DNA of 64,000 nt from Zootoca vivipara (taxonomy: Eukaryota): assembly GCF_963506605.1 (NCBI RefSeq), contig NC_083288.1, positions 45,694,001 through 45,758,000 on the forward strand, written 5' to 3'. Below the pieces are notes generated by a model. It worked only from the letters and a program-made list of their open reading frames with translations, did not search any database and had not been told where the DNA came from. Below are positions 12,215 to 25,500 of this stretch, one piece after another (positions within the stretch are counted from its first letter, which is position 1; the number at the start of each line of letters is the position of its first letter). Both the position numbers and the translations under genes were made by a program.

Positions 12215-13127
12215 TACTAATCAACAATGGTTCACTGCAACCTAATGAGGCACAAAGGAGTATGGCCAATCCTCCATTCTTTGGGCAGAAGCAAGTTGTT
12301 TTATTATTTGTGATGGGTTTTTTTTTGTTTGTTTAATAATTCTTGGCAATGCCATGCTTCTGATTGAAGGAAGAATCTTAAGCGTCTTCAGCCTTAGACT
12401 TGCCCTGACGTCCCTCCCCATTTGAGATTTGTAGCACCTGAATTTATGCAGGGATTCCCAAACTTTTTGGGGCCCAGGGACATACTGGGAAAACTAAGAA
12501 ACTGTATTGGGTGCTACAAAATACCCATTTCACAGAATAGAAAATAGTGATTCCAAGAATATAGTTCCCCCCACAACAGGAAAAAACACACACAACACCT
12601 ATAAAGTCCCCACATCCATACCTAAACATACAAAAAATCAGGAACTCCCCCACCAAAATAATAATAATTGGAGACCAACTCAACAAACAAAAAGGCATCA
12701 ACAGCAGTGGAAATAACAGGAGGGGCAAGAGGCATTGGTGACTTACAAGAAAGATGTATCTGGGTGTTACGGTGTCCATGGGTGCCAGAGGGAATGTTGA
12801 TTCCAATTTTCATATGCAACCATTGACAAAGAATGATTAGCTACTTCATAGTAGAATCAAATACAAGCATACATAAACCAGCATTTATGATGTGGCTGAT
12901 AAGCCTACCCTTGCCTGGAACCCTGGATAGCTTCTGCCAATAAGCAATACTGAGCTCAAGGGGAAAGTGTTCTGACCGGGTATGAAGAAGCTCTACAGAA
13001 ATCATCTCCATGGGAAATAAGCTTGCAGTGCGTTGTTGATTTCTGTTGTTTCTTTTTAAAATCAACCTAGTGAGACATGCAAATGTTCATTAGTTGGGAG
13101 GAATTTAGTTGGTCGTCCTTCAAAGCA

Positions 13128-13488
13128 GGGACGCAGGTGGCGCTGTGGGTTAAACCACAGAGCCTAGGGCTTGCTGATCAGAAGGTCGGCAGTTTGAATC
13201 CCTGTGATGGGGTGAGCTCCCGTTGCTCGGTCCCAGCTCCTGCCAACCTAGCAGTTCGAAAGCACGTCAAAATGCAAGTAGATAAATAGGAACCGCTACA
13301 GTGGGAAGGTAAACAGTGTTTCCGTGTGCTGCTCTGGTTCGCCAGAAGCGGCTTTGTCATGCTGGCCACATGACCTGGAAGCTGTACGCCGGCTCCCTTG
13401 GCCAATAATGCGAGATGAGCGCCGCAACCCCAGAGTCGGTCACGACTGGACCTAATGGTCAGGGGTCCCTTTACCTTTACCTTTACCT
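13128..13488 (+). mobile_element. Sauria SINE
   Basis: Full length; TSD-like CCT(T/C)CAAAGCAG. Confidence 0.9.
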
Positions 13489-14723
13489 CCAAAGCAGCAC
13501 AAGGGAACCTCCTAAGTCCAGAAGCTGTCCTTCTTCCTCAAACCACAAGCACTTTCCCACACCTGACATAAGTGACCATCCGGTTGCAGACAGGTAAAGG
13601 TGTGGCTGAGCCACGAGGAACAGGTTGTGATGGCTTATCTTGGGCTGAACTAGGGTTGGGAGCTGAACGCTCTTTCAGTGCAGCTGATCAGGGAATCAAC
13701 TTTCTGAGCCAGAGAGCCACTGCATTGTAAGCTGCTCATCTTGGTAGATTGTGCCATAAGACTACATCCTAAGATTCACTGGGATAAGTAGAGGTTGGAG
13801 TAGGTTGATCTCTGGTTGAGTTTGAGCTCAGCCATGGCTACACTGACTGAAGTTCCTCAGCTCAGCCTGAGATACACCACCAAAAGTACTCTATTCTGCC
13901 TCAGCTGGGGCTCAAATTAGGTGTGAATGCTCTTCCATTGGTCAGGATATTCTTCCTTCTGTTATCTAAAATCACACTGCAGGAAATAATGACAGATGTC
14001 ACTGAGGGCAGCTGGTGACTTTCACCTGGGAAAAAACATATGGTGGAATCAATTTTTAAGCATAACTGGGAGGGATAAGGAGGCCACTGGAGAACATGGT
14101 TATCTATTCTGTGCTGATCAGAAGACTCCATTCAGAACCCACTTTGAAGATGGGTAGAAAAGCCCAATTCAGCTTGGGCCAATTTGGAGGCTACCCAGTT
14201 TGGCTCAAGGGTCTTGGTCTGCTTCACTCCCCCTAAGACACACTTGCATCAGAATAAGTTAAATGGGAAACAATGGTTCTTAGTTCTGAATTGACATATG
14301 TAGCATTGTACTATTGAATTGTCTTATTTTTGTACAAGATAAATGGGTCAAAACAGAACTTACTTTGCTTTAAAGAAGAGTGACTACCTAATGAGTGCTA
14401 CTGTAACTCTCCAATCTTATTGTAAGGTGCAAAAGAGTAACCACAGCAGATCATAAACTGTAGGTGAGTTTTTTGGGGGCGTTGGGGGTTACAATCAAAT
14501 ATTGAATATATGAATTGCTTTGGCCCAATCCACCCAAAACCTGAAACGATGGCTCTGCATAAATGTGTCTTGGTGTTTGAAATCTCACATCACGAAAGTT
14601 GCCTACCAACCTTGTTTTTTCTTGATTTATTAATAATATGCTTTATATGCACCCAACATAAAAAAGCAAGCATAAATCTGCAACCACCACACCATAAATG
14701 AACATAGTTTGGAATACATATTT

Positions 14724-15674
14724 TTAAAAGTCGTCCTTGTGAAATCCTCTTCTCTTGTGGATTGCGCTCCGGACTGCCTCTTTGACCTCTGTGTTCCTGA
14801 TTGTGTATATGAAAGGGTTCAGCATTGGAGTGAGGGTGGTGTTCAGGACGGCCACTACCCTTGTTAGGCGAGATGAGGAATGGACGTTGGGTCTCACGTA
14901 CATGAAGACGAGGGCTCCGTACAACAGGGACACTACAATCAGGTGAGACGTGCAGGTGGAGAACGCCTTCTTACGCCCCGTGGCTGAAGGTATGTGGAGG
15001 ATGGTGGAGATGATGAAGATGTAAGACACTGCAGTAAGGATCAAGGTCATGATGACAATCAGGATGGAGCTCAGCAGTCCCAGAGATTCAATCAAGTGGG
15101 TATCTGTACAGGCTAGGCTTAAGATGGGACCAATATCACAGTAGAAATGGTCAACAATGTTGGACCCACAGAAAGGCAGCCTCCACACAACGATGGACTG
15201 AAGAAACATAATTATGAATGCTACATACCAGGTGGCAAAAGACATCTGAATGCAAACATGCTTTGTCATAATCATTGGGTACTGAAGTGGCCTGCATATG
15301 GCCAAATAGCGGTCAAAAGCCATAGCTGTGAGGATGAAAAGCTCTGTGCTGCCCAGGATGAAGTGGAAAAATCCCTGGGCCATGCAGCAAGCAAAACTAA
15401 TAGAGGTCTTCTTCTGCAAAAGTGTTTGCAGCATTTTTGGTACAACGGTAGTTGTGTAGCAGATCTCCAGAAATGCAAGGTTGCACAGGAAAATATACAT
15501 TGGGGTTTGAAGCCTTGGCTCAATGGTTACAATGATGAGGATGAACCCGTTGCCTACAATGGCTATGATGTACATGAATAAACCAACTACAAAAAACACT
15601 CCATGTAATTCATGCAGAAAAGGGATCCCCAGCAGAATAAATTCAGTCACTGTCGATGCATTCATCACCTCCAT
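14724..15674 (-). CDS. Olfactory receptor, family 6 (OR6X-like paralog), 316 aa from MEVMNAST
   Basis: LQTPMYIFLCNL, MAFDRYLAICRPLQY, KAFSTCTSH, PMLNPFIY; uninterrupted ORF. Confidence 0.93.
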   Translation of the reverse strand: MEVMNASTVTEFILLGIPFLHELHGVFFVVGLFMYIIAIVGNGFILIIVTIEPRLQTPMYIFLCNLAFLEICYTTTVVPKMLQTLLQKKTSISFACCMAQGFFHFILGSTELFILTAMAFDRYLAICRPLQYPMIMTKHVCIQMSFATWYVAFIIMFLQSIVVWRLPFCGSNIVDHFYCDIGPILSLACTDTHLIESLGLLSSILIVIMTLILTAVSYIFIISTILHIPSATGRKKAFSTCTSHLIVVSLLYGALVFMYVRPNVHSSSRLTRVVAVLNTTLTPMLNPFIYTIRNTEVKEAVRSAIHKRRGFHKDDF

Positions 15675-17939
15675 GTTAGCAAAGACACAAATGCACACAG
15701 CCCAAATAATCCACTAGTATGGCTCTGAAGATATCCAATATTTTTAAAATCCGCAAAGAAGCGTTCTTCAGAACAACTGGCATGGAAACTGGGGGTGCAG
15801 GAAAACAAAAACAAAACATGAACTTCTTTTTAGCAGGATGTCCTCACTTTTCAACAGTGAAAGATAAATGCTGTTGCATCAACTAGAGCTTTTCAGTTAA
15901 CATGCAATCAAATTTAGGAATGGCCAAAATATACCCCAACCCACAATAAAGTATTTAAATCAATCGGATTTGTTCATGACTGCTTTAAAAGTAATATTAG
16001 GGAAGTAGGAAGTGTTGGAAAGAGTTCCAGTGGAAGTGCAAAGCCTGAATTTAATCCCCATCCCTGCACTGTATTGTTGCATCTTTCAGACTGCTAATTC
16101 AATTCACCCCTTTATCTATCCCTCCCTCCCTCCCTTCCAATGCAATTTTGGGTTAGAGTAAACCTCATTGAACTATGTGGGACTTAAGAGAAAACATATT
16201 ATTATTCTTCAAATCCTACTCTCTCCCCTCCTCCATCACATACACATTGTGATCTGCCTATATCAGCTTGGTGGGAGGCAAAACCCACAATAATTTGAGG
16301 CTGTTGATCAGAATGGAAGGAAGGAAATGAAAAGACCACAACTAAACAGGGGGGAGGGGGAGAGAGGATGTAGAAAGAGGGAGAAGATGGAAAAGGGGAA
16401 GAAAGGGGGGAAATGGGAAAAATGGAAATGGGAGCAAGAAACAAAAGAGGTAAGTAAATAGGCAGGAAGCAATGTGAAAGGAAAGGAAATCACATGCTAT
16501 AGAACACTGAACAGAAAGGGACAGCAAAAAAAAAAGACAGACCGCATGCCGGGCAGCCAGCATCCTGCTGGAAAAGGCCATAGTCTTACCTTTTGCTAAA
16601 ATTATGTAGTGAAAATCACAACACATTTAAGATGCTTTGCCTTAATCCACAAATGGCTCTATGGTCAGCATCTTGCATTCCATATTGACCCCGAAGGTCA
16701 ATTGCTTCCTCAATGATTCAATCTCATTCAACTGCAAAAGAAATTCGGAGACTGTTCTGCTCTGTCGCTTGGCACAGGTCAACAGGAAGCAGAATCCTCT
16801 TGATAAAGGAGGACTTCTGGGGGATTGTTATTGTGTTCAGTATTCCAAATGCCCTATTTGTTCACTTTCCATGAATTTCTCATGAGATATTACACCCCCA
16901 AGAACCTATTGATTGCTCAAGGACATTGACATTAATATCACTATAGTGTTATATTTCTGCCCTTCCATTCACCTCCATGCCCTTCTCCCCACAGAAATCT
17001 TGGAATAGTTATGCATTAATTCCAATGAGAATGGCTTCTTTAAAGGTAAACAACCCTTCCTCTAGGACAGTGATCCCCAAATGGATGTCCTTTTGGATGT
17101 TTTGGATTATTATTCAGCAGAGCCCCTTTGCAAATGGAAGAAGACATTTTTTTATTCACTCCTTTTTCTTATATATTTTTTTCCTTAGGTTTGTACAAAT
17201 TTCTCTTTGATGTTCTCCTGCCACAGATATGCTCTATTTTTATTTTTATTTTGTGTGTTTGTGCATATGTTGCTTTTTCTCTCTTTCCAAACTCCAGCTT
17301 TAATTCACTTGATTAAAGTTTCATGCTCCTTTCTTCAACATCAGGGTACCTGTGATTCCATTCTGTGAATCTCTTGCATTATAAATATTTTTATTAAGGT
17401 TTTCTCCCTTCCCTCTATAAATCTGGTACTCCCCCTCTACTCAACTGAGCCTGCCTATCAGTTAAGGAAGTTTTCAACTGTGATGCTCATTGTCAGCCTA
17501 TTATTACTCCTTTACCCCATGACATCTCCTACACATCACCAGTTTCCACTTGGGGCTGGGGGATGACCCTTTTCCTGAACCCGAAGACAGCTGCTGACAG
17601 TGAGACAGCTGTGAGCTAGATGGCCTCACTTAGTGTAAGGTACCTTCCTCCTTCCCATAGGATTCTGTTTCTAGTGTCCCTATTCCCTCACTCTCCCACA
17701 ATACTGTAGTTCTAATGTTAGGGCTTATCCACTCTTCCTCTTGTTGTGTGCCTTGTCCAAGCAGTTTTCCTCCTCTTTCTAGGCACAGTTCCGAACAGTT
17801 TGCCTTTGTCCCAATGCTCTCCCCTGGAAAAATCTGTTCTCTAGTGCTATATCAGAACAAACTACAATCTGCAGAAAACCCTATTGCATGTGTAGACCCT
17901 TTAACCATCCCCAAATAAATTCAGACAAGACTCAATTTT

Positions 17940-18690
17940 TTGGTTTGGTTTTTGGCAGAATTTAGGTCACAACTTTATTGATTACAATCAAGCGAGTGGT
18001 TGCATAGGCTCTGGTTCGACTAGCTCTCTGCACCCTTGCAGGTCAGCCTTGGGTAAACAGCCGGCATAGTGGAAGGTGCGGTCAAGCCAGTCCATCAGCC
18101 AGATGCCCCCCTGGACTCTGGCTCCGGGCACAACCCCTCTCAGGGTTGACCAACCAAGAGTCCCAGGATTCTTTTAATGGAATATCCATCGCATAGAGAT
18201 GGCCAGACTGCTCTGCCACCCCTATCACCTGAACCAGAGCTTATCCACAACCTTACAAGTTGTGGCGATTTGCTACGCGGCAGGCGAAACCCAAATGGCA
18301 CCAGCCAAACAGCCAAGTGGGGAAAATTCCTGCCATGCCCTTGTCCCAACAACAGATGACACATGACGGCATAGCAAGGTCATGCGTGCAAGCTCTAAAT
18401 ATAGGGAGAGGTGGTGGGTGTTCCGATGCACTGGCCCAAAAGAGGAAGCATGGGCTTAAGTAAAGGTCCCTCAATACAAATTTGCTGGCATCCCATTGTC
18501 TGATTGCACCCAGCATTGAGGGACCTCCAATAGGGTGTTGTGGCCATCCAAATGTTCCCACCCACAACACAGGGTCTGGTTGGCAAGTCACACCGAAACA
18601 CGTGCCCCCTTGTTAGGGAGGACCCGATTTGTTTTGGTTTTTTTTCCGATTCAGCACTCAAAAAATTGGGTTTCCCCAGGGGGAAAGTAA
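17940..18690 (-). mobile_element. Probable DIRS/Ngaro-like terminal-region fragment
   Basis: Reverse complement contains AATAAAGTTGTG(A/G)CC, the same 3' signature as the Ngaro fragment near 7288; GC-richer than flanks. Confidence 0.35.
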
Positions 18691-19194
18691 CAAAGCAAAA
18701 TGAGGTGTGTATCAGCCGCTAGTCTGCTTCTTTCTCAATTTGCATAAGAGTGGAGGTGAATCTGTTCAAAATGGATTTACTCATGGCATCTGGTGGTTCC
18801 AACTCTATCAAGCTTTGCTTGTCTTGGACCACATCTTAATATCAAGTGTCCACTTGCACCCAAAATACTTCTGCATTATCATTTTTAAACAAACAAACAC
18901 ACACACACACCCCTTAAGAATAATTATATGGCAAGTTATACACAAAAATCAATACGTTACACACATAATACAAATAATATGCTGTGCCATATTTATTATT
19001 CATAACTGAATAAACATATTAATGCCTAAATTATTCATATAATTATAGACATTGTTGTATATAATTTTTGTGCTTTTTTATAGTGTGTGTGTGAATATAT
19101 AACATATAGTATACACAACTTCCTTCATATAAAAATGTTTGTAACAATGCATATACTTTTCAGGATTTGTTTGTATTTTTAGCAGATCTGGGAG

Positions 19195-19500
19195 GGAAAA
19201 CCTCACTTGCTTTCCCTTCTGCAGTGACCAAAGGCAGATTCTCACATACTCCATATCAAGCCCGTCTCTGTGCCTGCAACCAAGGAGTACCTGATTCAAT
19301 AGACCACATTCTCTTAGATTGCTCTTTACACAGCAGACCTCGACAACTGATGCTGAGCAAAATGTTGGACCTCCGGGTAACTCCGAGAAGAACCCAAATG
19401 AGGTTTCTCCTGGCAGATCGGGACAAAGATATCACTGCTTTAGTAGCTTCCTTTTTAGCCACAATTTTACCTGAAAGGGTTCCTAATGAACCATCCTTTC
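19195..19500 (+). mobile_element. RTE-X-like LINE 3' ORF fragment
   Basis: GRFSHTPYQARLCACNQGVPDSIDHILLDC, a CCHC C-terminal motif, related to 42004-42354. Confidence 0.6.
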
Positions 19501-19532
19501 AGGGAACAGACAGGATGAAGCAGAATATATAA

Positions 19533-19625
19533 GGTATCTGAAGAAGTGTGCATGCACACGAAAGCTTCTACCAAGAACAAACTTAGTTGGTCTCTAAGGT
19601 GCTACTGGACATTTTTTTGTTTGTT
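19533..19625 (+). mobile_element. Penelope pseudo-LTR fragment with a degenerate hammerhead motif
   Basis: GGTATCTGAAGAAGTGTGCATGCACACGAAAGCTTCTACC...TTGGTCTCTAAGGTGCTACTGG, shared with the 48.8 kb and 59 kb repeats. Confidence 0.7.
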
Positions 19626-19846
19626 ATTTTTTATATAGATTTCTTATGATCTTTGACAGCTTCACCCTTGTCCTTTTAATTATCCCAGTGATTTTAAATG
19701 TTTTATACTGTGATGCCAAAAATGCTATTTGATTTGAACCTCACTTCTCATTGAGATTAATGTGTGAAATAGGAATGAGCAGCAATCCATATGCATAATT
19801 CCGTCAGGATTCTGAACTTCTTCAATTCTTCCCTTTGGAATGCATT

Positions 19847-20788
19847 TTAAATGCCTTCTTTCAGGAACCACCTCCTTTTATGGATTGCACTCCTGACAGC
19901 CTCTTTCACTTCTGTGTTTCTTATGGTGTATATGAAAGGCTTCAACATTGGGGTGAGGATAGTGTTCAAGACTGCTACAGCCCTAGTTCCTGGGGATGGG
20001 TGCAGGACACTGGGCCTCACATACACAAAGATGAGAGCACCGTACAAAATAGACACCACAATCAGATGAGACACACAGGTGGAGAATGCCTTCTTGCGCC
20101 CTACGGCAGAGGGTATGCGAAGTATGGTTGAGATAATAAAGACATAAGACAGAATGTTTAAAGAGAAGGTTGAGAGAATAAATAGGATGGAGCTCAACAG
20201 TTCCAGCAACTGACTGGGGGTGGTATCGGCACAAGCTATGCTTAGCATGGGGCCAAAATCACAGTAGAAATGGTCAATGACATTAGACCTGCAGAACGGC
20301 AACGTCCACAAGATGGGTAGCTGAAAAATCATAATAATAAATCCCCCATACCAGGTGGCCAAGGACATTTGAATGCAAACATTGTTGGTCATAATCATTG
20401 GGTACCGAAGTGGCTTGCATATGGCTAAATAGCGGTCAAATGACATGGCCGTGATGATAAAAAGCTCCGTAGTTCCCAGTGCGAAGTGGAAGAAGTTCTG
20501 GGCCATGCAACAATAGAAGCAAATAGTGGTCTGCGTTTCTAAAAGGGCCTGCAGCAACTTAGGTACAACTGTAGTGGTGTAGCACATCTCCAGAAAGGCA
20601 AGGTTGCTCAAGAAGATGTACATTGGTGTCTGAAGCCTTGGTATGAAGGCCACAATGATGGGGATGCAGCCATTGCCAATGATGGCTACGATGTACATGA
20701 ATAAACCCACAATGAAGAAGATTCTGTGAAGATCAGGTAGTAAAGGAAACCCCAGCAGGATAAATTCAGTCACTGTTGATGTATTCAT
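19847..20788 (-). CDS. Olfactory receptor, family 6 (OR6X-like paralog), 313 aa; TM7 NPxxY changed to KPFIY
   Basis: All OR motifs present; ATG at 20788 just after a splice acceptor (TTTCCAG|TGATG); the ORF-track start is GTG. Confidence 0.9.
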   Translation of the reverse strand: MNTSTVTEFILLGFPLLPDLHRIFFIVGLFMYIVAIIGNGCIPIIVAFIPRLQTPMYIFLSNLAFLEMCYTTTVVPKLLQALLETQTTICFYCCMAQNFFHFALGTTELFIITAMSFDRYLAICKPLRYPMIMTNNVCIQMSLATWYGGFIIMIFQLPILWTLPFCRSNVIDHFYCDFGPMLSIACADTTPSQLLELLSSILFILSTFSLNILSYVFIISTILRIPSAVGRKKAFSTCVSHLIVVSILYGALIFVYVRPSVLHPSPGTRAVAVLNTILTPMLKPFIYTIRNTEVKEAVRSAIHKRRWFLKEGI

Positions 20789-22198
20789 CACTGGAAATTA
20801 CCATCAAATAATCATCAGATGTGTCTTGGAGGACACCCCAAATCTCCATGTATAAGAAGGACACTGGGTTCCCATCTGGGAGAAGGACAACTCTGATCCT
20901 AAACCCCCATTGCCTTGCAGGATACCTTCAAGGAGAAAACCTCACGCAAACCCGGAGTGGAGTCTCTAAGATGGTTGGGTGGCACCTTCTGGCAACTTCT
21001 GCAGGCATCTGGTGCCAAACGTATCACTCTGCTTTCCTTTGGACCACATCAGTGAGGCTGAGAAGGGGGTCTTGTCATCTGGGCAGTCCAGGACCTCCAG
21101 ACACACTGCCTAAACTCGTGCTCCATGGAGGTCACTTGGGTGCTGCTAACACAGTGATAGATGGATGCAAGCAACAAGCTTATATAGAATTAGACTGCCT
21201 AGGGATGCTGGGTGGTGGTGGGTGGGTGGGAATGGCATATTTGTAGTGGAAGTTTTTTATTGTTATATAAAAAAAATAACTTAACTATGTACCACTAATT
21301 AAAAGTCATTTAAACTGAGGATGATCACAATAGCAGTAGAACTTCTAAAATTGATTCAATGTGATTCATTTTAATTAAATATCTAAAGGAGTATTAGAAA
21401 GAAGGGAAAGAATGAACAGATGAACTCATGAAGGAGTTCACTGTAGATTTATTTGACTTTCAAAGATGCAGCAGCTAAAGATGTCATCATTTTCATATTT
21501 AGACAGCAGACTTTTTGACTAGGGAAACATAGAAAAGAGAGAGAGAGAGAGACTGTTAACTAACTAAATAAGAACATTTTAAGCAAATATGTTGCTCATG
21601 GATACCTTATGGTTTGCTTTGGAAGTGCAGGATATAAATTTAATAAATACACAAATAATAAATACCCAGTTATATAATTTGCAAAACCTTAAAACAGTGG
21701 TGGGAAATGTCCCTTTTACAGCCGTATTTGATGTTTATGGTCCGTAGACCAAATAAAGTGACAACTTCTGTCATCCCTGGCTTTTGGTAATGCTGGGTGG
21801 TTGAGAGTAACCTGAGTCCAGGTCACTTGCTAAAAACACTTGTAGACATAAGGAAAGTTAAAAGACATTTTAAACAATTAAGGGGATATTTGGGGTTAAG
21901 GCCATGACATTAAATTTACACCAACAACTTTGAAGTTCTCCGACACTTTTCATGTTAATGAAATATTCAGATGATTTGCATACACTGAAAATATCACCAC
22001 TTACTGTTAGGAGGATAATTACCCACTTATTGCAATAATGTGAAATTCCTCATGGTTTTGAATTAGGAGAAGAAATGTGCTGCAAAAGAAGGAAAAATAC
22101 AATGCAACCAGCCATTAACGAATAAATAAATGGGAAAAAAAGAGGAATTGATAACCAAAACACTAAAAGGCAGCCTTCAGCAAATTTCAAATGGGCTT

Positions 22199-22574
22199 TG
22201 AAATATACTCGGAGTCAAGAGTGAATTTCATGCTCTTTATTCAGCTCATAGTCATCAAGGAGGAGAAGAGAAGACGAATGGCTCTTTTCCCCAAACCATC
22301 TGCTTATATACATTATTTACACAATGGGCCTTGCGTGATTGGCTACTTCAGGGCTACACCTGTGGGCCAATTATATTATGGATTGACTTCTGCCTGCAGC
22401 CTGATTGGCTGCTCCTACAGGCCAATCAGGTAGCAGATTCACTTCTGCCAGCCGCCTGATTGGCTGCTCCAGCAGGCCAATCAGGTTGCGGATTCACTTC
22501 CACCTGGAGTTGGATTGGGTAGCTCCCGCTGATTCTGAATCCTATTGTTCTAGGATTCAGCTCAGTACATAACA
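22199..22574 (-). repeat. 3' LTR of Gypsy copy 1
   Basis: 376 bp, follows the PPT on the minus strand. Confidence 0.95.
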
Positions 22575-22584
22575 CCCCTCCCCT

Positions 22585-25500
22585 CTAAGTTCCAGTCCTG
22601 CCCGGGAAGTTGCATTCGTAGTCCCCAAGGTCTGCTGGCCGCCTCCGTGTGCGTTGTGGCCTGGGGTGTTCCTTGGTCAGGGGTTCTGGTTCTGGCTCGT
22701 GTTCCGAGGCTGCTGGCTGTGCCAGGGCTGTCTGGTCTGGCGCCACTGAACCACTAGGTTGTAGCTCTGGTTCCGGTGTCCTTCCAGCCTCGGGGCGCCC
22801 CTCTGTGCCTACTGCTTCTGCTTCCCCTGCCCACCCCTCTCGCTCTACAGGCCTCACTGCCCTGCTGTCCCCTTGGGACCCCTCTGTCCCGCTCTCCTCC
22901 CGGGTTCCTCCTGGGAATCGTCGCCGTAGCTGGTCGCAGTGGCGGCGCCAACATTGCCCCCCTTCCGTTAGTACCTCGTACGACACGGGACCGGTCACCT
23001 TGGTGACTGTGGCGGGTACCCATGCTGGGCCTGCCCCAAAATTCTTTGCATACACTGGGTCCTGGGCCACAAATGTCCGGGGGTTCCTGCCTTTCCCCAC
23101 CACTACCTCATCCTGAGCTCTGTCGGGGTGAAGTCGGTCCAGTCTAGTTGCAAGGCGCCGGCCCATTAGTAATTCAGCTGGGCTCCGGCCCGTCGTTGTG
23201 CTTGGGGTGCTGTGCTGTGCTAGAAGAAATGCGGCAAGGCGGTATTCCCAGTCCCCTTGTGTCATGCGGCGGAGGCTGTCCTTGGTGGTCCGCACCATGC
23301 GCTCCGCTTGGCCATTGGTGGCAGGGTGGAATGGTGCTGAGCGGATGTGGCGGATGGCGTTCTGCGCTGTGAAGGTCTGGAACTCCTCTGACGTGAATGC
23401 GGTTCCATTGTCCGAGACGAGGGTGTCAGGGAGCCCGTGGGTCGCAAACAGCTTACGTAGTACCCGGATGGCTGCCGCCGTAGAAGTGGATGGTACCAGT
23501 GCGACCTCCAGCCATTTGGTGTAGGAATCCACCACTATGAAGAATGTTTTTCCCTGGAAGGGGCCAGCGAAGTCCACGTGCAAGCGTGACCATGGATGTC
23601 GGGCGGACTCCCAGGGCTGGACTGGGGCCCTTGGGGGATCCGGGCGGGATTCTTGGCAGGTCTGGCAGTGTTGGACCCAGGCCTCTATCTCTCTGTCAAT
23701 CCCCGGCCACCACACATAACTCCTGGCAAGGGCCTTCATCCTCACTACCCCTGGGTGTGTCTCGTGTAGGGCTGTGAGGACCCTTTTGCGGAGGGGCTGG
23801 GGAACAACGACCCTGCTTCCCCATAACAGGCACCCCTTGTGGGCCGACAGTTCATGTTTGCGGTTTGTGTAGCCAGCGAATTCTGGCCCGGGGCTGCTGC
23901 TGGGCCATCCTCGCCACACCCAGTCCAGGACCCGGGAGATGACCCTATCTTTTGTGGAATGGTGCGCAACTTCTTGTGCCTGAATGGGTCGGTCGGGAAG
24001 CAGCTCCAAGGTCATAACCTCTTGCGCAGGCGCTGGGTCGGGGCCTGTTTCTGGTAGTGGTAGCCTGCTGAGGGCGTCTGCGTGGCCCATCGCCTTCCCA
24101 GGGCGGTGGATTAGTGCATACTGGTAGCCGGCAAGGAAAATTGACCACCTGAGGACACGTGGAGACAACACTTGGGGGGTCTGCTTCTCAGGGGCAAACA
24201 GGCCAAGCAACGGCTTGTGGTCAGTCACTATGGTAAAGGGCCGCCCGTACAAGAAATCATGGAATTTTTTTACGCCCTTCACGATTGCCAGACCCTCCTT
24301 GTCAATCTGTGAGTAGTTTCGTTCGGCTGCAGCAAGCGTCTGGGAGAAGTATGCCACCGGCACCTCTCTTCCATCCGGGAGTTGGTGTCCCAGGACAGCG
24401 CCGATGCCATAGGGAGAGGCGTCGCATGCCAGCACCACTGGCAGCCTCTCGTCGAAGTGTGCTAAGACCGAGTTCGAGACGAGCAAGTCCTTGACTGCCT
24501 GGAATGCGGCCCTTTGTCGCTGGCCCCACACCCAAGGGGCCCTTTTATCTAGGAGTCTGTGTAGGGGCTCCGCTACCGCTGCCTTATGGGGAAGGAAGGC
24601 ATGGTAAAAGTTCAATAGTCCCAAGAATGACTGAAGTTCGGGCTTGCTCTTGGGCGCTGGGGCCTCACAAATGGCCCGTACCTTGTCACCGGTTGGATGG
24701 ACCCCTTCTGCGTCCACCTTAAATCCCAGAAAGTCCACCTGCGGCACTCCCAGTAAACACTTTTCCCGCTTCACCTTGAGGCCCGCCGTCTGGAAACGGT
24801 GCAGGACGGAGCGGAGGCGGTCCTCAAATTCCTCTGGTGTGGGCCCGGCGATCAGTACATCATCGAAGAAGGGGGTGACGCCAGGAATCCCTTTAAGGAG
24901 AGAGTCCATTAGATTCTGGAATATGCCTGGTGCCACGCTAACGCCAAATTGCAGCCGCTTTACTCTGAATGCCCCTCTGTGCGTCACAATCGTCTGAGCC
25001 TCTGCTGTGGCTTCGTCCACAGGCAACTGTTGATACGCTTGGGCCAAGTCCAGTTTGCCAAAGATTTTTGACCCAGCCAGGGTGGCGAGGACATGGCTGA
25101 CCACTGGCACTGGGTATGCATGGGCCGTGAGAGCCTTGTTTATGGTGCATTTGTAGTCTGCACAGATGCGGACCGAACCGTTAGGCTTGACGGGTGTGAC
25201 AATTGGAGTTTCCCAGGGGGCGTTGGGCACCGGCTCCAGCACTCCTTGCTCCACGAGCCGGTCCAATTCCTCGTCTATGCGGGGTTTCAGGGCGAACGGG
25301 ACCCGGCGGGCCTTGTGCCTGATGGGTCGTACAGCGGGGTCCAGCTGTAGGGCAATGGGGGGTCCTGTATATCGTCCCAATGCCCCATCGAAAACCCCTG
25401 GAAACTCTTTGCATATGGCGTCCACGTCCACTTGTAAGCTAGTGCGGTTCACCCCGGTAACGGCTAGCCCCAGAGGTCCAAACCATGCCAGTCCCAGTAA